Positions 1 through 12,703 of a DNA stretch of 64,000 nucleotides are shown here, piece by piece. The stretch comes from Welwitschia mirabilis. Lineage: Eukaryota. Position 1 is the stretch's first letter. Each line of letters opens with the position of its first letter. A model generated the notes under the pieces. It was given only the letters and a program-made list of their open reading frames with translations. It searched no databases and was not told where the DNA came from. Position numbers and translations under genes: made by a program. The stretch covers positions 923,004 through 987,003 of the forward strand of contig JBOZIK010000001.1 of the NCBI GenBank assembly GCA_051453625.1, given 5' to 3'.

Positions 1-48
1 AGATTTTCAACTGTAATATTTTAGGACATTACATTTTGGTATCAGAGC
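1..48 (+). mobile_element. End of a 5' LTR (…GGACATTACA, ends at 33) followed by a tRNA-iMet primer-binding site (37-48)
   Basis: Exact TGGTATCAGAGC at 37-48, three nt after a CA terminus. The terminus GGACATTACA equals the reverse complement of the TGTAATGTCC ends of the gypsy LTRs at 25228 and 55638. Confidence 0.8.
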
Positions 49-94
49 ATCAAGTATGAATATTTTCAATGGTGTAAATTGTTGGACATTACAT

Positions 95-955
95 AAAACC
101 ATCTTCAATATGTTTTGAGTATGTTTTATATATTTATTATTTTGTCTCAAAAGTTTGATTAGTTGAAGGTGCTATTTAATGCTTTAGAAACATTGTTTTA
201 TCATTTAAAAAAATTAATCTATTAAATTATCTTGTTTTAATTAGTAAACTATTTTGTTTTGTTTGGTAAACTATTATTTACCATTTGTAGAACTATTCTA
301 TTTTGTCTGCATAATTATTTAGTTATATTTATGATATTTTTAATTTATCTAAAAAGAAAAATTTTATATCATTTTTTGAGATGATAAACATATTTTATGA
401 TTTTTCTACTGTTAAATTCTTCAAGTCATTTATAATTCTCTTTTTACAAAAATCTCTAAATTAGTCTAAAACCTATAAGTTATCTTTTCAAAGTTATTAA
501 AATTTATCCTTAAATGATTTTAATTATGTTTTGCATGTTGATCATTCTATTTCAAAAATTTAGCTAGAAGAAAATATTATTTATTACTTTTAAAATATTA
601 TTTTATTCTATTATGACAATTTTGTCTATAGAACTTTTTAGTTTTATTTATTCATTTTGAATTCAATTAGAGAGGGAATTTCTATATAATATTTTTAAAA
701 TTTGTGTTTTATTTCTTGTTAAAATTTTAGATCATTTTGAATTCATTTAATTATAGTTCCTTTGTAAAATAACTTTCCTTTCAATTATAGTTTTATAATT
801 ACAACTAGCATTTTATTTTTAGAATTGATTTTAAACATTTATTTCAATAATTTTTTGATCAAAGATCTAGAAAACTCATATTTATTAGATAAAACAAATT
901 TGTTTAAGTCATTAGGTCAAGTCATTGTGAAGGTTATTGTAAATCATAGTAATAG
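95..955 (+). repeat. ~860 bp direct repeat, copy 1 (probable retroelement 5' leader)
   Basis: Colinear similarity with 3772-4640, e.g. AAAAGTTTGA-TAGTTGAA..TGCTATTTAATGCTTT, CATTTAATTATAGTTCCTT, AAGATCTAGAAAA-TCATATTTATT. Confidence 0.8.
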
Positions 956-959
956 TTTT

Positions 960-3300
960 GGCATGCCTAATGGGATACCTTCATTGTTTATTACAAAAAA
1001 TTCAAAATTCCTATGCATACACATAACAAGCACCCATATTAGAAAAATGAGTATAATTAATAGTAATTTCTAAAGGCAAAGAAAAAGCAACAAAAGGAGA
1101 AATTGCTAAAGCCATCAAATTTAAAGAGTTTTGGACATGTGTCCTAGACCACTCATCTTTAAGGATGCATAAATTAGCTAGGGAAAAATTAGGTTTACTA
1201 ATTAATGAAGACTAATCTTTTGAATATAAAGAAAACATAGAAACAAATTAAATATTGATAACACTAAAGATCTACTTAATAGAATAAAAAAGAGATTAAC
1301 TTTAAAAATTATTGAGAAACTAAAGAGTTTAAAATTTCTTTTCTAAAGAGATATTAAGATAAGGAATACCAGCTTGGGTTTTTATTTAGTAAAGAGTTAG
1401 AACAAATGAAGGAAAAAAGACTCTTTCAAAAGAAACCACAAAAAAGTCAAACATATTTAAATTCAATTAAAAAAAATAATACATTCATCAAAGTATGAAA
1501 TCTTTATGATTTAATAAACTATAGAATAATTAAGAAAGTTACTCAAATAATCAACAACTAAAGTAACATATGATTCAATTAAACCACACATACATCCTTT
1601 AGTTTTGTGAAAGAAACATTTACCTACTGAAATCCTTGAATTCCAAATATTTTACGAAATCAAAGGTCCTATCATACACATTCAAAACTTCAAAAATTAG
1701 TGCTTCTTATACCAAATTAGCTTAGAAGTAAGCTTACACCTATTTTGTAGATCTTTAAAAGGGTTAGAGCTTGAATGATATCTTCAATCTCCTATACATT
1801 CAATTACAATACTAGATGAAATGATTAGGATATTTTCAAATTAATACTCAATGAACTCTACCCCATTAATTTATAGAGTTTAGCATTTAGGGTTTATGAT
1901 TAATGTTAATAAATATTAAAAAAATAATAGGATTCAATCCCTAAATTTTTTAGAAAATGGAAAAGCATAGCCCTTTAAATACAATGTAATATTTCCAAAA
2001 AAGAAATAGCTATCTTGTTATCAAATTCATTCTTACCCTATATTTTAAAATACCTTAGAGTGCAAAAATTGAAAACATTTCAACAAGTTCTAGATCTCAT
2101 GTACAGAACATAAATCATTAGAAAGGAAAATGATAAATTAAACCCAACATTTAGAAGCAAATCAAACTTAAAAATAAATGATAACAAACCATTCTATAAA
2201 GGAGTATAAGTTTTCGAAACTAATCAAAGGCCTAGACAATAGTTTACAAAGTTAAACATGCCTCTTTCTCAGATCCTTAGTGCCCTTTTAGCTAAGGGGG
2301 TGATTAAAATACATCAAACAAAACAATATAACTCAAATGCCCTTAAACCAAAATGGTACACTTAAAACCAATACTGTTAATATCACTGAGTCAAAGGATA
2401 TGACACTAATAATTGTTGAAAGTTTAAGGCATATAGTGCAAGACATAATAAAAAAATAAATGAAATATTAATTTAGATTTTCTGCTATCTACCCCAACCA
2501 AGAACTTAAAATTTTGCAAAATCCTTTTCCAAGTTTTAAAGCATCTACTTCTACCCAATCATAGAATGTTGTCGTCTACATAGCTATTAAGCCTTATATC
2601 ATTTTTATGGTAAAAAACACTTTTACTATGAATTAGGGTAAAATTTCTAAATTTTAATAATGCATTAGAAAAACTCTAGCAAATAGACAAAAAAATAGTT
2701 TTTAGAATCTTAAAACTAAAATAAAACAAAATTATTCACAAAATTCTAATTTCATACAATCTATTGTAGAACTTTTTCATAAACAATTTGGACATCAAAA
2801 CATAAAAATACATTCTTCCAATAATATATCAATCCTATCTATTAATTAAAAAATTTTATTTACTAATAATGAGGTTTCATCAATTCAATGTGATATTATA
2901 GTTGGAGATTTGCACTTCATTTTAGTCTAAATAGGACAAGCTAAAGTAAAAGAGCATTTGTAGATTGTGGCTTAGAATCAAATATTATAATAAAGTATTA
3001 TCTTTAGGTATTAAATATACAAAAATAAAATAAATAAAAAAGACGTTGTTTCAATAAAAAGATTCAATGATAATTCAGAGTATACTTTAGGTACAATTGA
3101 TTTAAACACAAAAACTAGGAACATTACACATAATACACATTTTCATATCATTGAAAATAGTTCATTATTAAACTTTATTCTAAGGAGACCTTGGATTTAT
3201 AATGTAGTGATACTAATCTCTTTATGCCATTAGAAAATAAAATACATCAAAGATTAAGAGATAAAGTCATATCTATAAAGAGATATTCCAAAAGTAGTGC
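960..3300 (+). mobile_element. Degenerate Ty3/gypsy (Tat/Athila-like) gag + aspartic protease remnant, no RT seen
   Basis: ~1735-1780 reads LHLFCRSLKGLELE* (retrotransposon gag-like). ~2951-2990 reads RAFVDCGLESNII (protease D-x-G-like). ~3140-3245 reads FHIIENSSLLNFILRRPWIYNVVILISLCH*KIKY (LLGRPW-like motif). Many stops. Confidence 0.6.
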
Positions 3301-3771
3301 TTATAACTCATGGTAAAAACAAGTAAAAGCAATCATTCATTTCACTTTTACACTTTGAACAAGATGAAATAAAACTAGAAGTATATCATAGAACAGTTTT
3401 AAAGATTATTTTCAAAAGTAAGTGAAAAGTCCAAATTGACTTCTACATCTAATCCACATCTCTTCCATCTTTTCCTCTTTTGTCTAAAATGAATCCCACT
3501 AAATATTCTAACATTCCATAATTCTCTCAACCTCCTAATCACCTCTGCTTAATATAAACTAATTCCAAGACTGAAAAAGAAAAAAAGAAGAAGGACAAGA
3601 AGAAGAAAAAAAAGAGGATAGTCAATCACGTAGCCATTAGAAAGAGCTTTATAGTTAAAGAATCAAGTCCATCTATCATCATTAGGCTAGGAGTTGCAAT
3701 TTTCTCCTATTTCTACTTCTTACAAGGCTCAAGTTAGCCTAAAACTTGTAAGTCATCTTTCAAGAATTAAT

Positions 3772-4640
3772 AAAATCATCTTCAATTTATTGTGCATGTG
3801 CTTTATACATTTTTTATTTTTGCTTAAAAGTTTGAATAGTTGAAAATGCTATTTAATGCTTTGAAAGAATCATTTTATAATTTTGAAAACTCTGTCTGTA
3901 AACTATCCTATTGTGTTTGCTAAACTATTCTTTTTTAATCTACTAAACTATCATTTTTTATCTACATGACTATTTTTCTATGTCTGCAAAGCTGTTTAAC
4001 TTTATTTATACTATTTTTAGTTCCTCAAAAAAAGGAATTTCAATATCATTCTTGTCAGATGATAAGCATATTCTATGATTTTCTTACTACTAAATTCTTT
4101 AAATTATTTACCATTTTCTCTCTTTATAAAAAGGTTCAAATTAATCTAAAAGTTACAATTCATCTTTTCAAAGTTATTAAAGTTTATATTTAAATCATTA
4201 TGATTATATTTTATATGTTAACCATTATGTTTAAAATTTTAGCTAGCAGAAAATGTTATTTAGTGCTTTTAAAACATCATGTTATTCTGATATGATAGTT
4301 TTATCTATAGAACTTTCTAGTCTTGTTTCCTTTATTTCCAATTCATCTAGAAAGGGAATTTCTTTGTAATTTATTTAAAATAATTGTCATTTTATGTACT
4401 TTATTTCCTATTATAATTTCAAGTCATTCCAAAATCATTTAATTATAGTTCCTTCATAAAATCACTTTCTTTTCAATTACAGTTTTCTAAATAAGTAAGC
4501 ATTTAATTTTTAGAATTGAATTTAAAAACTTAGTTCAATTTCCTTGATCTAAGATCTAGAAAAGTCATATTTATTTAGAATAATTTTTTAAGTAAATAAG
4601 TCAAGTCATTAGAAATGTTTTCACAAATCATAACAACATC
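3772..4640 (+). repeat. ~860 bp direct repeat, copy 2
   Basis: Homologous to 95-955. Confidence 0.8.
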
Positions 4641-4878
4641 CCTTACCAAATTAGCTTGAACCCATTAAATGTTTGTTTAAGAATATGGCTTAAAACATCA
4701 CTTTTAAAAAGGAATGAAATAATTAAAAGGACAATGATGTTGGTAGTCAAAGTTAATAAAATTATACATATTACATTTCAAAATTAAAATAATAAATTTT
4801 ATAAAATTTAGAACATGTTTTCAAGGATATATATTGCTTATGTATGACATTGTTTAAAATATTTACACACTAATTAGA

Positions 4879-4940
4879 TTATAGTATAATTGGTGGACTA
4901 CTTGTCCTCCATTTAAATGGTTGTGGATTTGAACATTTGG
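4879..4940 (+). mobile_element. Decayed tRNA-derived SINE-like head (family 1)
   Basis: A-box-like TAGTATAATTGG (4882-4893) and B-box-like GGATTTGAACA (4925-4935). Similar to the reverse-strand copies at ~5545 and ~37105. Confidence 0.4.
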
Positions 4941-5544
4941 ATACCCCTTTTACTATACCATGAGGTATTAGGCATAATTAAATTATTTGTTAATACAATC
5001 ATGGTTATTATAATTACAGGAAAGTAGGGTTACTAAAGGTTTTAAGTTTAACATCTCCCCTTCAAAATATTTACATCTACAAAAGTTCTTTTAGAAAAGT
5101 AATATGACATTACATATTTTATGATAAACTAAACATGATCAATAATTTTATGATATGCTAGGACATTAATACAATGTATTCTAAGTCCATCTCATAAAAA
5201 AATATAGATTAAACATAAAATACATATATTCATGGATAAATTATTTATTTTTAAATTGACTTAAAAAATTATTTATAACTAACAAAAAAAGAACATCACA
5301 GAGATATCAATAAATGAAAAAAATTACCTCCATACTTTGATTATAAATTTTTATTATTATTTTCATTAATTACTACTCATTTATAGATTTTTATGGTAAG
5401 ATTTATTTGTGTAAATTATAAGAATTTGAGAGAATAACATACTTAAATATTTATGAGCATAATTTTACCTAAGAAAACAACCACCAAGATCATCTAAATG
5501 AACGATAATTATGTGTAAGGCTTAAAATGTGCTAAATAATTCAT

Positions 5545-5612
5545 CAAGATATTAGAATCCATGACTCCTATATAAAGGATGACTGTTCCACTAATCAGAC
5601 TATGAGCCCATT
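5545..5612 (-). mobile_element. Decayed tRNA-derived SINE-like head (family 1)
   Basis: Reverse complement GGGCTCATAGTCTGATTAGTGGAACAGTCATCCTTTATATAGGAGTCATGGATTCTAAT has A/B-box-like spacing and matches 37105-37167. Confidence 0.4.
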
Positions 5613-6479
5613 AGCAATTATAATATTTTAACTTACAAGGTGAGGAACATTTACTAAACTACATATGTCATAGAATTTTTTTAATGTTTTCTTTGTTGAT
5701 TTATCAATAAAAAATAATGATCTAATTTAGTATGTTATGTTGCATAGCTAAAATGAATGACTGTATTATGTGTGCTAATTACATGAAATAAATCCCTTTA
5801 AAAATGTATTCATTTGTTTCTTATCATATTAATTTTTAATAAAATTTTATTCTTGTCACATTAATTTACCTAAGATAATTATTATTTAACAAATATTGGA
5901 AAAAAAGTGAAGATCCATAAAGTAAAGCCTAAAGTTGCAATATCATTTGATTGTTTCATACAGATTCTAGTATTTTTGGAAAGTGACTCTTTAAATGTGA
6001 TGACATAGATCCAAAGACAAGAACCTATAAATTAGTTAATTTATTAATTATCTTAACTAAAATATGAATAATAATATAATATTTAATCATCTGAGGAAAT
6101 AATATAAAACATATTCTCTAGTTTATGTTAGTATATTTATCAATTACTTAAATATCAATTTGCATAGTGGATTAAGTGTTAGCAGCTAGAGCAAAGAGTG
6201 TAAGAATATTCTTTAGTTTGAATTTTGAAGGAAAAACCTTGAACCAAGGAGTTTTTCAAAATGATAATAAGGAGGTGAAGATTCTTGAGCTTACTCTTAT
6301 AGGCAAAGAATATCATCATGTTATCTTTTAAAGGACTTAAGACTGAATGGAGTTACAAAATTAGATACTTGACGAGGGAGTAAATAAATATGATGAAGAA
6401 ATTCATTTTAAAAAAATATTAACTTACTTATAATAATGAATTAATTACATTTAAGAAAACTATGAACTACCTTAACTAG

Positions 6480-6700
6480 AAATTCATCATGATTATGAAG
6501 CATTATTCTTTAATATGGAATAACACATGGAAGTATGTGGACTTACTAGTTGACAAGAAAGTTGTAACGAATAAATGGTTGTTTCACATTAAGTATAACT
6601 TTAACGAAATACTTATAACAAAAAATAAACTTAGATAAAAGGAAATTTCAAATAGGAAAGATTAATCTAAATAAAATATATTAACAACTATTAAAAAAGA
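6480..6700 (+). mobile_element. Ty1/copia RT N-terminal fragment
   Basis: Translates NNTWKYVDLLVDKKVVTNKWLFHIKYN, matching the copia N.TW.LV.LP..K..I..KWVF.IKY motif. Confidence 0.55.
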
Positions 6701-6879
6701 AAAAACCTTAATGACATTAATGAACATAATATGCATGGATTTTAGAGAGATATAAAAAAAGGATAATTTCATTTGGTAGACTTCAAATACTAAGTTTATC
6801 ATCATATAAGAGATCTCATCAAACGAGAGAATACAATTTATATTGAGGAAAATAAGATGGTAGAAATAATAGAAAATTA

Positions 6880-7760
6880 CTTTATTAGTTTATATTATAG
6901 CCACAAAACAATAATTCAACTCAAAGAGGAAACGTGAACATTTCTGAGCTCCTTATGTTCTAAATTAACAATATAAGATCATAAATTATTAGATGAACCT
7001 TTTTTTAAAAAGATAAATTAAAAAATTTAATTAAAAAAAACCACAAATTCAGATGGTTTCCTAAGTAAGTTTTATTAAAAACATTATGATAGTTTGAAAA
7101 AAAAGGAAGGGTGACAGAATTCTCACATAAAAAGGAATATGAATAAAAGATTAAACATAATATGAATTATCTTATTACAAAAAAGACAAAGGAAAATCAA
7201 ATTCAAGACTTGAAATTTATGAGTGTGGTTAATGTCACATATAAAAGTACAAGAAAATAAATAGTTAAAAGAATAAATAAGATGTTATAATCCATAATCT
7301 TAGATAAGCAATATGACTTTCTAAAAGTAAGATAAATCACAAATCAATTACCACAAGTACATGCTATAGTGATATAGGGCATTATACATTTATATGAAAC
7401 ATGCCACTCTTTGCCCTTAAATTTTTACTTTAACAAAATATTCGAAAGATTATTATGAGAATTCGTAGATGTTAGATAAATTTGCTTTTTAATAAATGAA
7501 TAAAGTTACTTGCAAAATGCTACTGTAAACCAATTATTTTAGTATTAGTGAATGGAAGAAAAAAACCCTATGTCTTATTTAGAAGGAAAAGCAACATAAG
7601 ACAAAGGAATTCTATATCACTATTTATATTTATCATGGTCATTAAACTAATGTAATAAATAAGCTAAAAAACATGAAGATAAGATAAAAAGCTATTGGAA
7701 TTAGCCTTTAAAATGACTTTCTAAATCCTACTTTGAAATTCTATGGGTCATACATTTATT
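6880..7760 (+). mobile_element. Degenerate L1-like LINE RT fragment
   Basis: KTTNSDGFLSKFY (KAPGPDGF-like, ~7038), then a decayed RPISLxN.xYK region (~7205-7250), then IRQRNSISLFIF (LRQGDPLSP.LF-like, ~7596-7635). Confidence 0.55.
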
Positions 7761-8129
7761 TAGTAAAATCATAATTGTATTAATAAATGTAAAAGCTTAA
7801 CTATTTGTTAAGTAATCTTAATAATTTATGAGGATATATCCTTGAATGAAAAATCATAATCTTATATGTATAACTAAGAGTTTATACTATAATGATGTGG
7901 TTTGTTTCCATCATTAGTATCGTATTATTTCATTAATAGATTGAATATTGTTATTTTTATTTTATAACATTTTCTTATTAATTAGATCACAAGAAATGCA
8001 AAATATCATTATTTAGCCTTAGAAAATACAATTTTAAGAATTACAGAGTTTTGCAAGCATCATATATCAAAAGTTGGATGTTACGAGTTACATGCTCAAA
8101 TGTCATATGCTCAATCATAAAATGTGTAT

Positions 8130-8700
8130 GAAGCCTATAGAGGCATGATGCCTAGGCAATAAACATGTATAATTTCCATAGAGCTGTAACCCTCAATCAT
8201 CAGATAGGTATGACACCCATCCTTGTATGATGCTTAGGCCTTATACACATGTCTCACTCATAGAGGTACATTGCCCAATCATTAAACAAGAATGACATTC
8301 ATAGAGGTTACATGCCTAGGATTCCAAGGCACTAGGTATTTAGGACACCTTGACATCGAGCACCCAAATAAGTGGAATATGTAAACACTANNNNNNNNNN
8401 NNNNNNNNNNNNNNNNNNNNNNNNNNNNNNNNNNNNNNNNNNNNNNNNNNNNNNNNNNNNNNNNNNNNNNNNNNNNNNNNNNNNNNNNNNTCGAGCACCC
8501 AAAGAAGTGGAATATGTAAACACTAAATGCACATAGAAAGCAAGAGATTTGACACTTAAACATTGTATGAGATTATACGTTAATACATTAGACTAGGTTA
8601 GACACTTAAATGTTGATTTCCTAGATGTTGTATGCTAAGAAACAAATGTCATAAATGTACACATATAGAACAAACATCCAAAAATCTCATACCTAGGTTG
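8130..8700. repeat. Loose array of degenerate short repeats (CATAGAGGT…/GCCTAGG), interrupted by a 100-N gap
   Basis: Recurring catagaggt/catagagct/tatagaggc and atgcctagg/atacctagg motifs. Confidence 0.35.
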
Positions 8701-9166
8701 AAGATGTTATAAATAATAATGGATAATATGTCAAGTTAGTCTGCAAAGGTGAAGTCAAAAGTGAATACAAAAATGGAGATAACTTCTAAAGAATAAAAAT
8801 AACAGTCTTTATTTTAATGGAGTAATGTTCTAATAGTAATTGCAATAATAAATCAACAACATTATAGCACATTAGGAACTCTTACTTAATTAACAATAAA
8901 AACATGTCAATTAAGATATGAATATGTATTTATACATATAGTGTTAGGTTTTCTCATTAGAATTGTTATTCACTAATAATTAATCTTACATTTATAATAA
9001 GTTTTCAAGATTTTATATTTCTTCTTNNNNNNNNNNNNNNNNNNNNNNNNNNNNNNNNNNNNNNNNNNNNNNNNNNNNNNNNNNNNNNNNNNNNNNNNNN
9101 NNNNNNNNNNNNNNNNNNNNNNNNNNNNNNNNNNNNNNNNNNNNNNNNNNNNNNNNNNNNNNNNNN

Positions 9167-9243
<77 letters not shown>
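9167..9243. repeat. Compound microsatellite (ATC)n(ATA)n abutting a 140-N gap
   Basis: Directly visible. It explains the spurious poly-Y/D and poly-I/M ORFs. Confidence 0.95.
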
Positions 9244-9419
9244 CACAATATTTTTTGAGAAAACCCAAGTGCTTGGAAAAAACACTCAATTCTAAAGTAT
9301 CTATGGCCTAAGTAACTTTAAATGCTAATTTGTTAATGTATAATAGACTTTCTCTTATTGATTTAAGAGGAATTGATGTATATTTATTCCTAGTTGATCT
9401 TAAACTATTAAAACTTGAT

Positions 9420-10900
9420 TATGTTGAAAACATTGTCAAAATACTTGCAACCTCATCTACTGGTGATAAATATTACACATCTAATACATCATTTTAAACT
9501 AGTTCTTATGTCATGTGAAACTTTAGTACAATATGCTCTGTTCTATTATGGAATACTAAATTCTTTATTATGTAAATTAATAATTGATTATCCACATATA
9601 ACTTTACATCTCCTTTTTATGAAATATCCAAAATCTCTAGTAGCTTCAACATCCATATCATCTCCTACTTGTTTTAGATACCACTACATACTTTGTTTTA
9701 TCTAAACAACTTGCTATATTTTCTTATCACTTAAATTTTCAAGAGATTAGTGAATATCCAAAAAATGTAAGGTAGATTATTACAGATTTTCTAGTATCTT
9801 CATAATTATTGAGGTCTTAAATTTAAAAACGTTATAAGTATGAAGTTATTATCTTATTTAGATAGAATTTTAAATGTTTTCATTATTTTAAATACTTTAA
9901 AACTTTAAAATCTATACTCAAGTAAGTTTATTTTGATATAGATTTATATCCCAAGTTTACATGATATGTTAAGCCTAATATTAATAACATATTTTATACT
10001 TCCAACTAATTTATAATACTGTGATTTATCTACATGTAGTCATTCTTCATCAATAGTTGATTTTTGATTATGATCCCTTACTACAAATATTATTTTTTCA
10101 TTCTCCATGCTATATCTTTCCAATATATCACCAATGTGACTTGAGAACTGTAGTGCAATTTGATTATTTATTGAGTTAATTTGACACTGAGATAATGTTT
10201 TAGTAATTCAAATCCATGATTTCAAACTACTTTGTTAGATATTTCTTCACATTTATAATGCTTTATTCATCCCCTTAAATGATTAAAATATTATTCACAA
10301 ACATAATGAGATATGTAATTTTCCCTTTTACACATGTAATAGATAATGTAGTATCAGAATATTGACATTGATATATATCAAATCCCATCTTTAATGAGCT
10401 ATTTCTTAGCTTAACATATTATGATTAGCATGCTTATTTTAGATTGTATAATTATTTTCTTAGTCTATGTATCTTTTAATCTTATTCATTAACTTAAAAA
10501 CCTTTAAGCTTTTTCTTGTAAATTCATCCTTAGCATCTTCATTTTTTGAATGATGTCAATACATCTTCCATTCTTTTATTCTGCTAACAATCTTATATAT
10601 TGCACATTTATTGCTTATTAATTTTTTATGTATTAATAAGTTAATTAGTTTCCACATATCATTCCATAATAATAACTAGTACTTCCATGTCATCATTATT
10701 AAAAATTTTTTATCTGAGTATTCCTTTGAAAAATTTCAAATGAAAGATATCTTGTAAACCCTTTTCTTTGGTTGTTAGACATTCTACTATTGTTCAAGTT
10801 CATGATCAGGTAGTTAATAGAGGTATTAATGCATATGTTCTCATACTTGTGCTTTAATTACCACATTCATAGGGTCATCTCCTATAACACCAAAACTTAC
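9420..10900 (-). mobile_element. Degenerate Ty1/copia RT-RNase H
   Basis: Minus strand reads VKLYVDNQ…LVFHNRTEHI (RNase H, ~9510-9610), DILERYSMEN and VDKSQYYKLVGSIKY (RT, ~9985-10130), and a LYNLK*A-like motif (~10430-10455). Confidence 0.7.
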
Positions 10901-11329
10901 ATTGTCATTATTAACTTTTTTGGTGTTTTTTATTATTTAATTATTTTAAAATTTAGGAAAAACCCTAGATTAATAACTACTTATAATCTATTCTAAGTTT
11001 ATTTAGAATGTATATTTTGGAAAATAAGCATAAGTGGATAATAAAATTATGTACTATGAAATTAGTTATAATTTGTTTTAGTTTATGATAGATTTGTTGT
11101 ATATGGTTATTACATTTATTTTCTTTCTAGATGTGATTTGGTTTTACTTTGAATTCTAAACCATAAAACACATGACCTATCTCATATCCATCTACCTACA
11201 ACATTTACCTCTTTACTGTAATGCTTATAAATGACCCTTACTTCTTTGTTACATCTTAAGATAGTGTAACATAATTCTTCAATGTTAAATTTTTAACATA
11301 TTAAATCAATTTAAGTCCATACATGAATA

Positions 11330-12460
11330 AGGTAGAAGAATGATGATGAAATCCACTTTAGAAAGTTTTAATATAAAAAAATCTAATGCAACCCACCTTG
11401 GTGATGAAATTGAAGTATGATAATGATAATTACTAATATCTGTTTTGATTTAATAATCCTTTGATAAATATATCACACACAAATTAATGCTTTATGTTGA
11501 ACATGGAAATTTTAACAACTATACCTTCTCTTAAATGATTTTTCATTACAATCAAGGCCTCATAGTCTGTTAAATTCATTAGGTTTATTCTATTTAAAAG
11601 CTCATACATAAAAGAAAAACAAACATGTAACTAACATTTAAGATATAAAGAATGTTTTCATTTTGTAAAGCAAGTATGTAAAGAATCCTTTTTCAATTTT
11701 ACATGTCTAGTTACATTACATCCAAAATAAATCAAGAGAGTATTTTAAAGTTCTATTTAAAAATAATGTTCTATACATGAAATAATGCATACTGTATAAC
11801 CTCTTTTCTCAAGATGAACTAGTTAATTTATCATTACTTAATATAATAGTATGATTAATTAAGAAAATAAACAACACTAAAAGTATGTGAAGACTTACAT
11901 GGGGCTAGTAAAATATAATGCTTACTAAAGATAATATAACTATAAAACAAATAAGACCAACCAAATTAATAAAGTATTAACTTAAATTATTAAGGACTTC
12001 TAGGAATTTGTACTAAAATAAATGTAAGTCCTAAACCTACAATTAAATAATATATTAAAAATATACTATATATGTAAAACAATGAAAGCATATCTAAATT
12101 TAAAAAATATAAGATAATGTACACTATGCCTAACAAACTAAATAATTAGTTTATTATATATAATTATTAATAAATAAGAATGATAAAAAGTGAATACAAA
12201 ATTAACATGAATAATAAAGGTAATATTATCATTTTTCTATAAATTTACCCTATTAGTCTTTGGTGATGGTGAGTGCTTCTCATGAAATGATTTTAAATTT
12301 CTACCAAAAAAACATAAAATAAATGTTTCTTTCATTAAAACTTTACTTTTCCTCTCCTAATGATATTGATGAAATTACTGCATTTATTTGAGTCCCCTGT
12401 TTTCTTAAATGAGATTATTACATTTGATGTATGAATATAATTACCTGAAATGTTTTCAAT
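11330..12460 (-). mobile_element. Possible hAT (ZMYM1/DUF4371-like) transposase remnant
   Basis: Minus strand reads FPCST*SINLCV (~11474-11509; PC.AHSLNL-like), then SSPRWVAL (~11383-11407), with TNRVNL (NRGNF-like, ~12240-12258) upstream, in the expected order. No TIRs found. Confidence 0.4.
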
Positions 12461-12703
12461 GTGGCTTCATAGTAATGATATTAATAATATAATTATTGCA
12501 TTCACCATTATTTGATTTACAAAATGTATCAGCATGTTTCTTTGGTCTTTCATTTTACAATATAGTGATATTAGAGCCACTACCAAAGGAAGGCTGAAAG
12601 CAGTGCTTCGAAGATAAAGGAAGAAAGAAGGAGGAAGTATCCTATTCAATTTTTTTCTTGTGTTTGTTTTTTAACAACTCTTTATTAAAAATTAACACTA
12701 CAT

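Noticed and set aside
4851..5062. Possible short LTR ending TTAACA followed by a reverse PPT TCTCCCCTT
   Set aside because: No partner LTR, TSD or adjacent coding remnant found.
6160..6235. Another tRNA-like/SINE-like stretch (CATAGTGG…TAGTTTGAATT)
   Set aside because: Boxes are too degenerate and no second copy was seen.
8282..9289. ORFs with X-runs and poly-Y/D/I/M
   Set aside because: Artefacts of N-gaps and the (ATC)n(ATA)n microsatellite.
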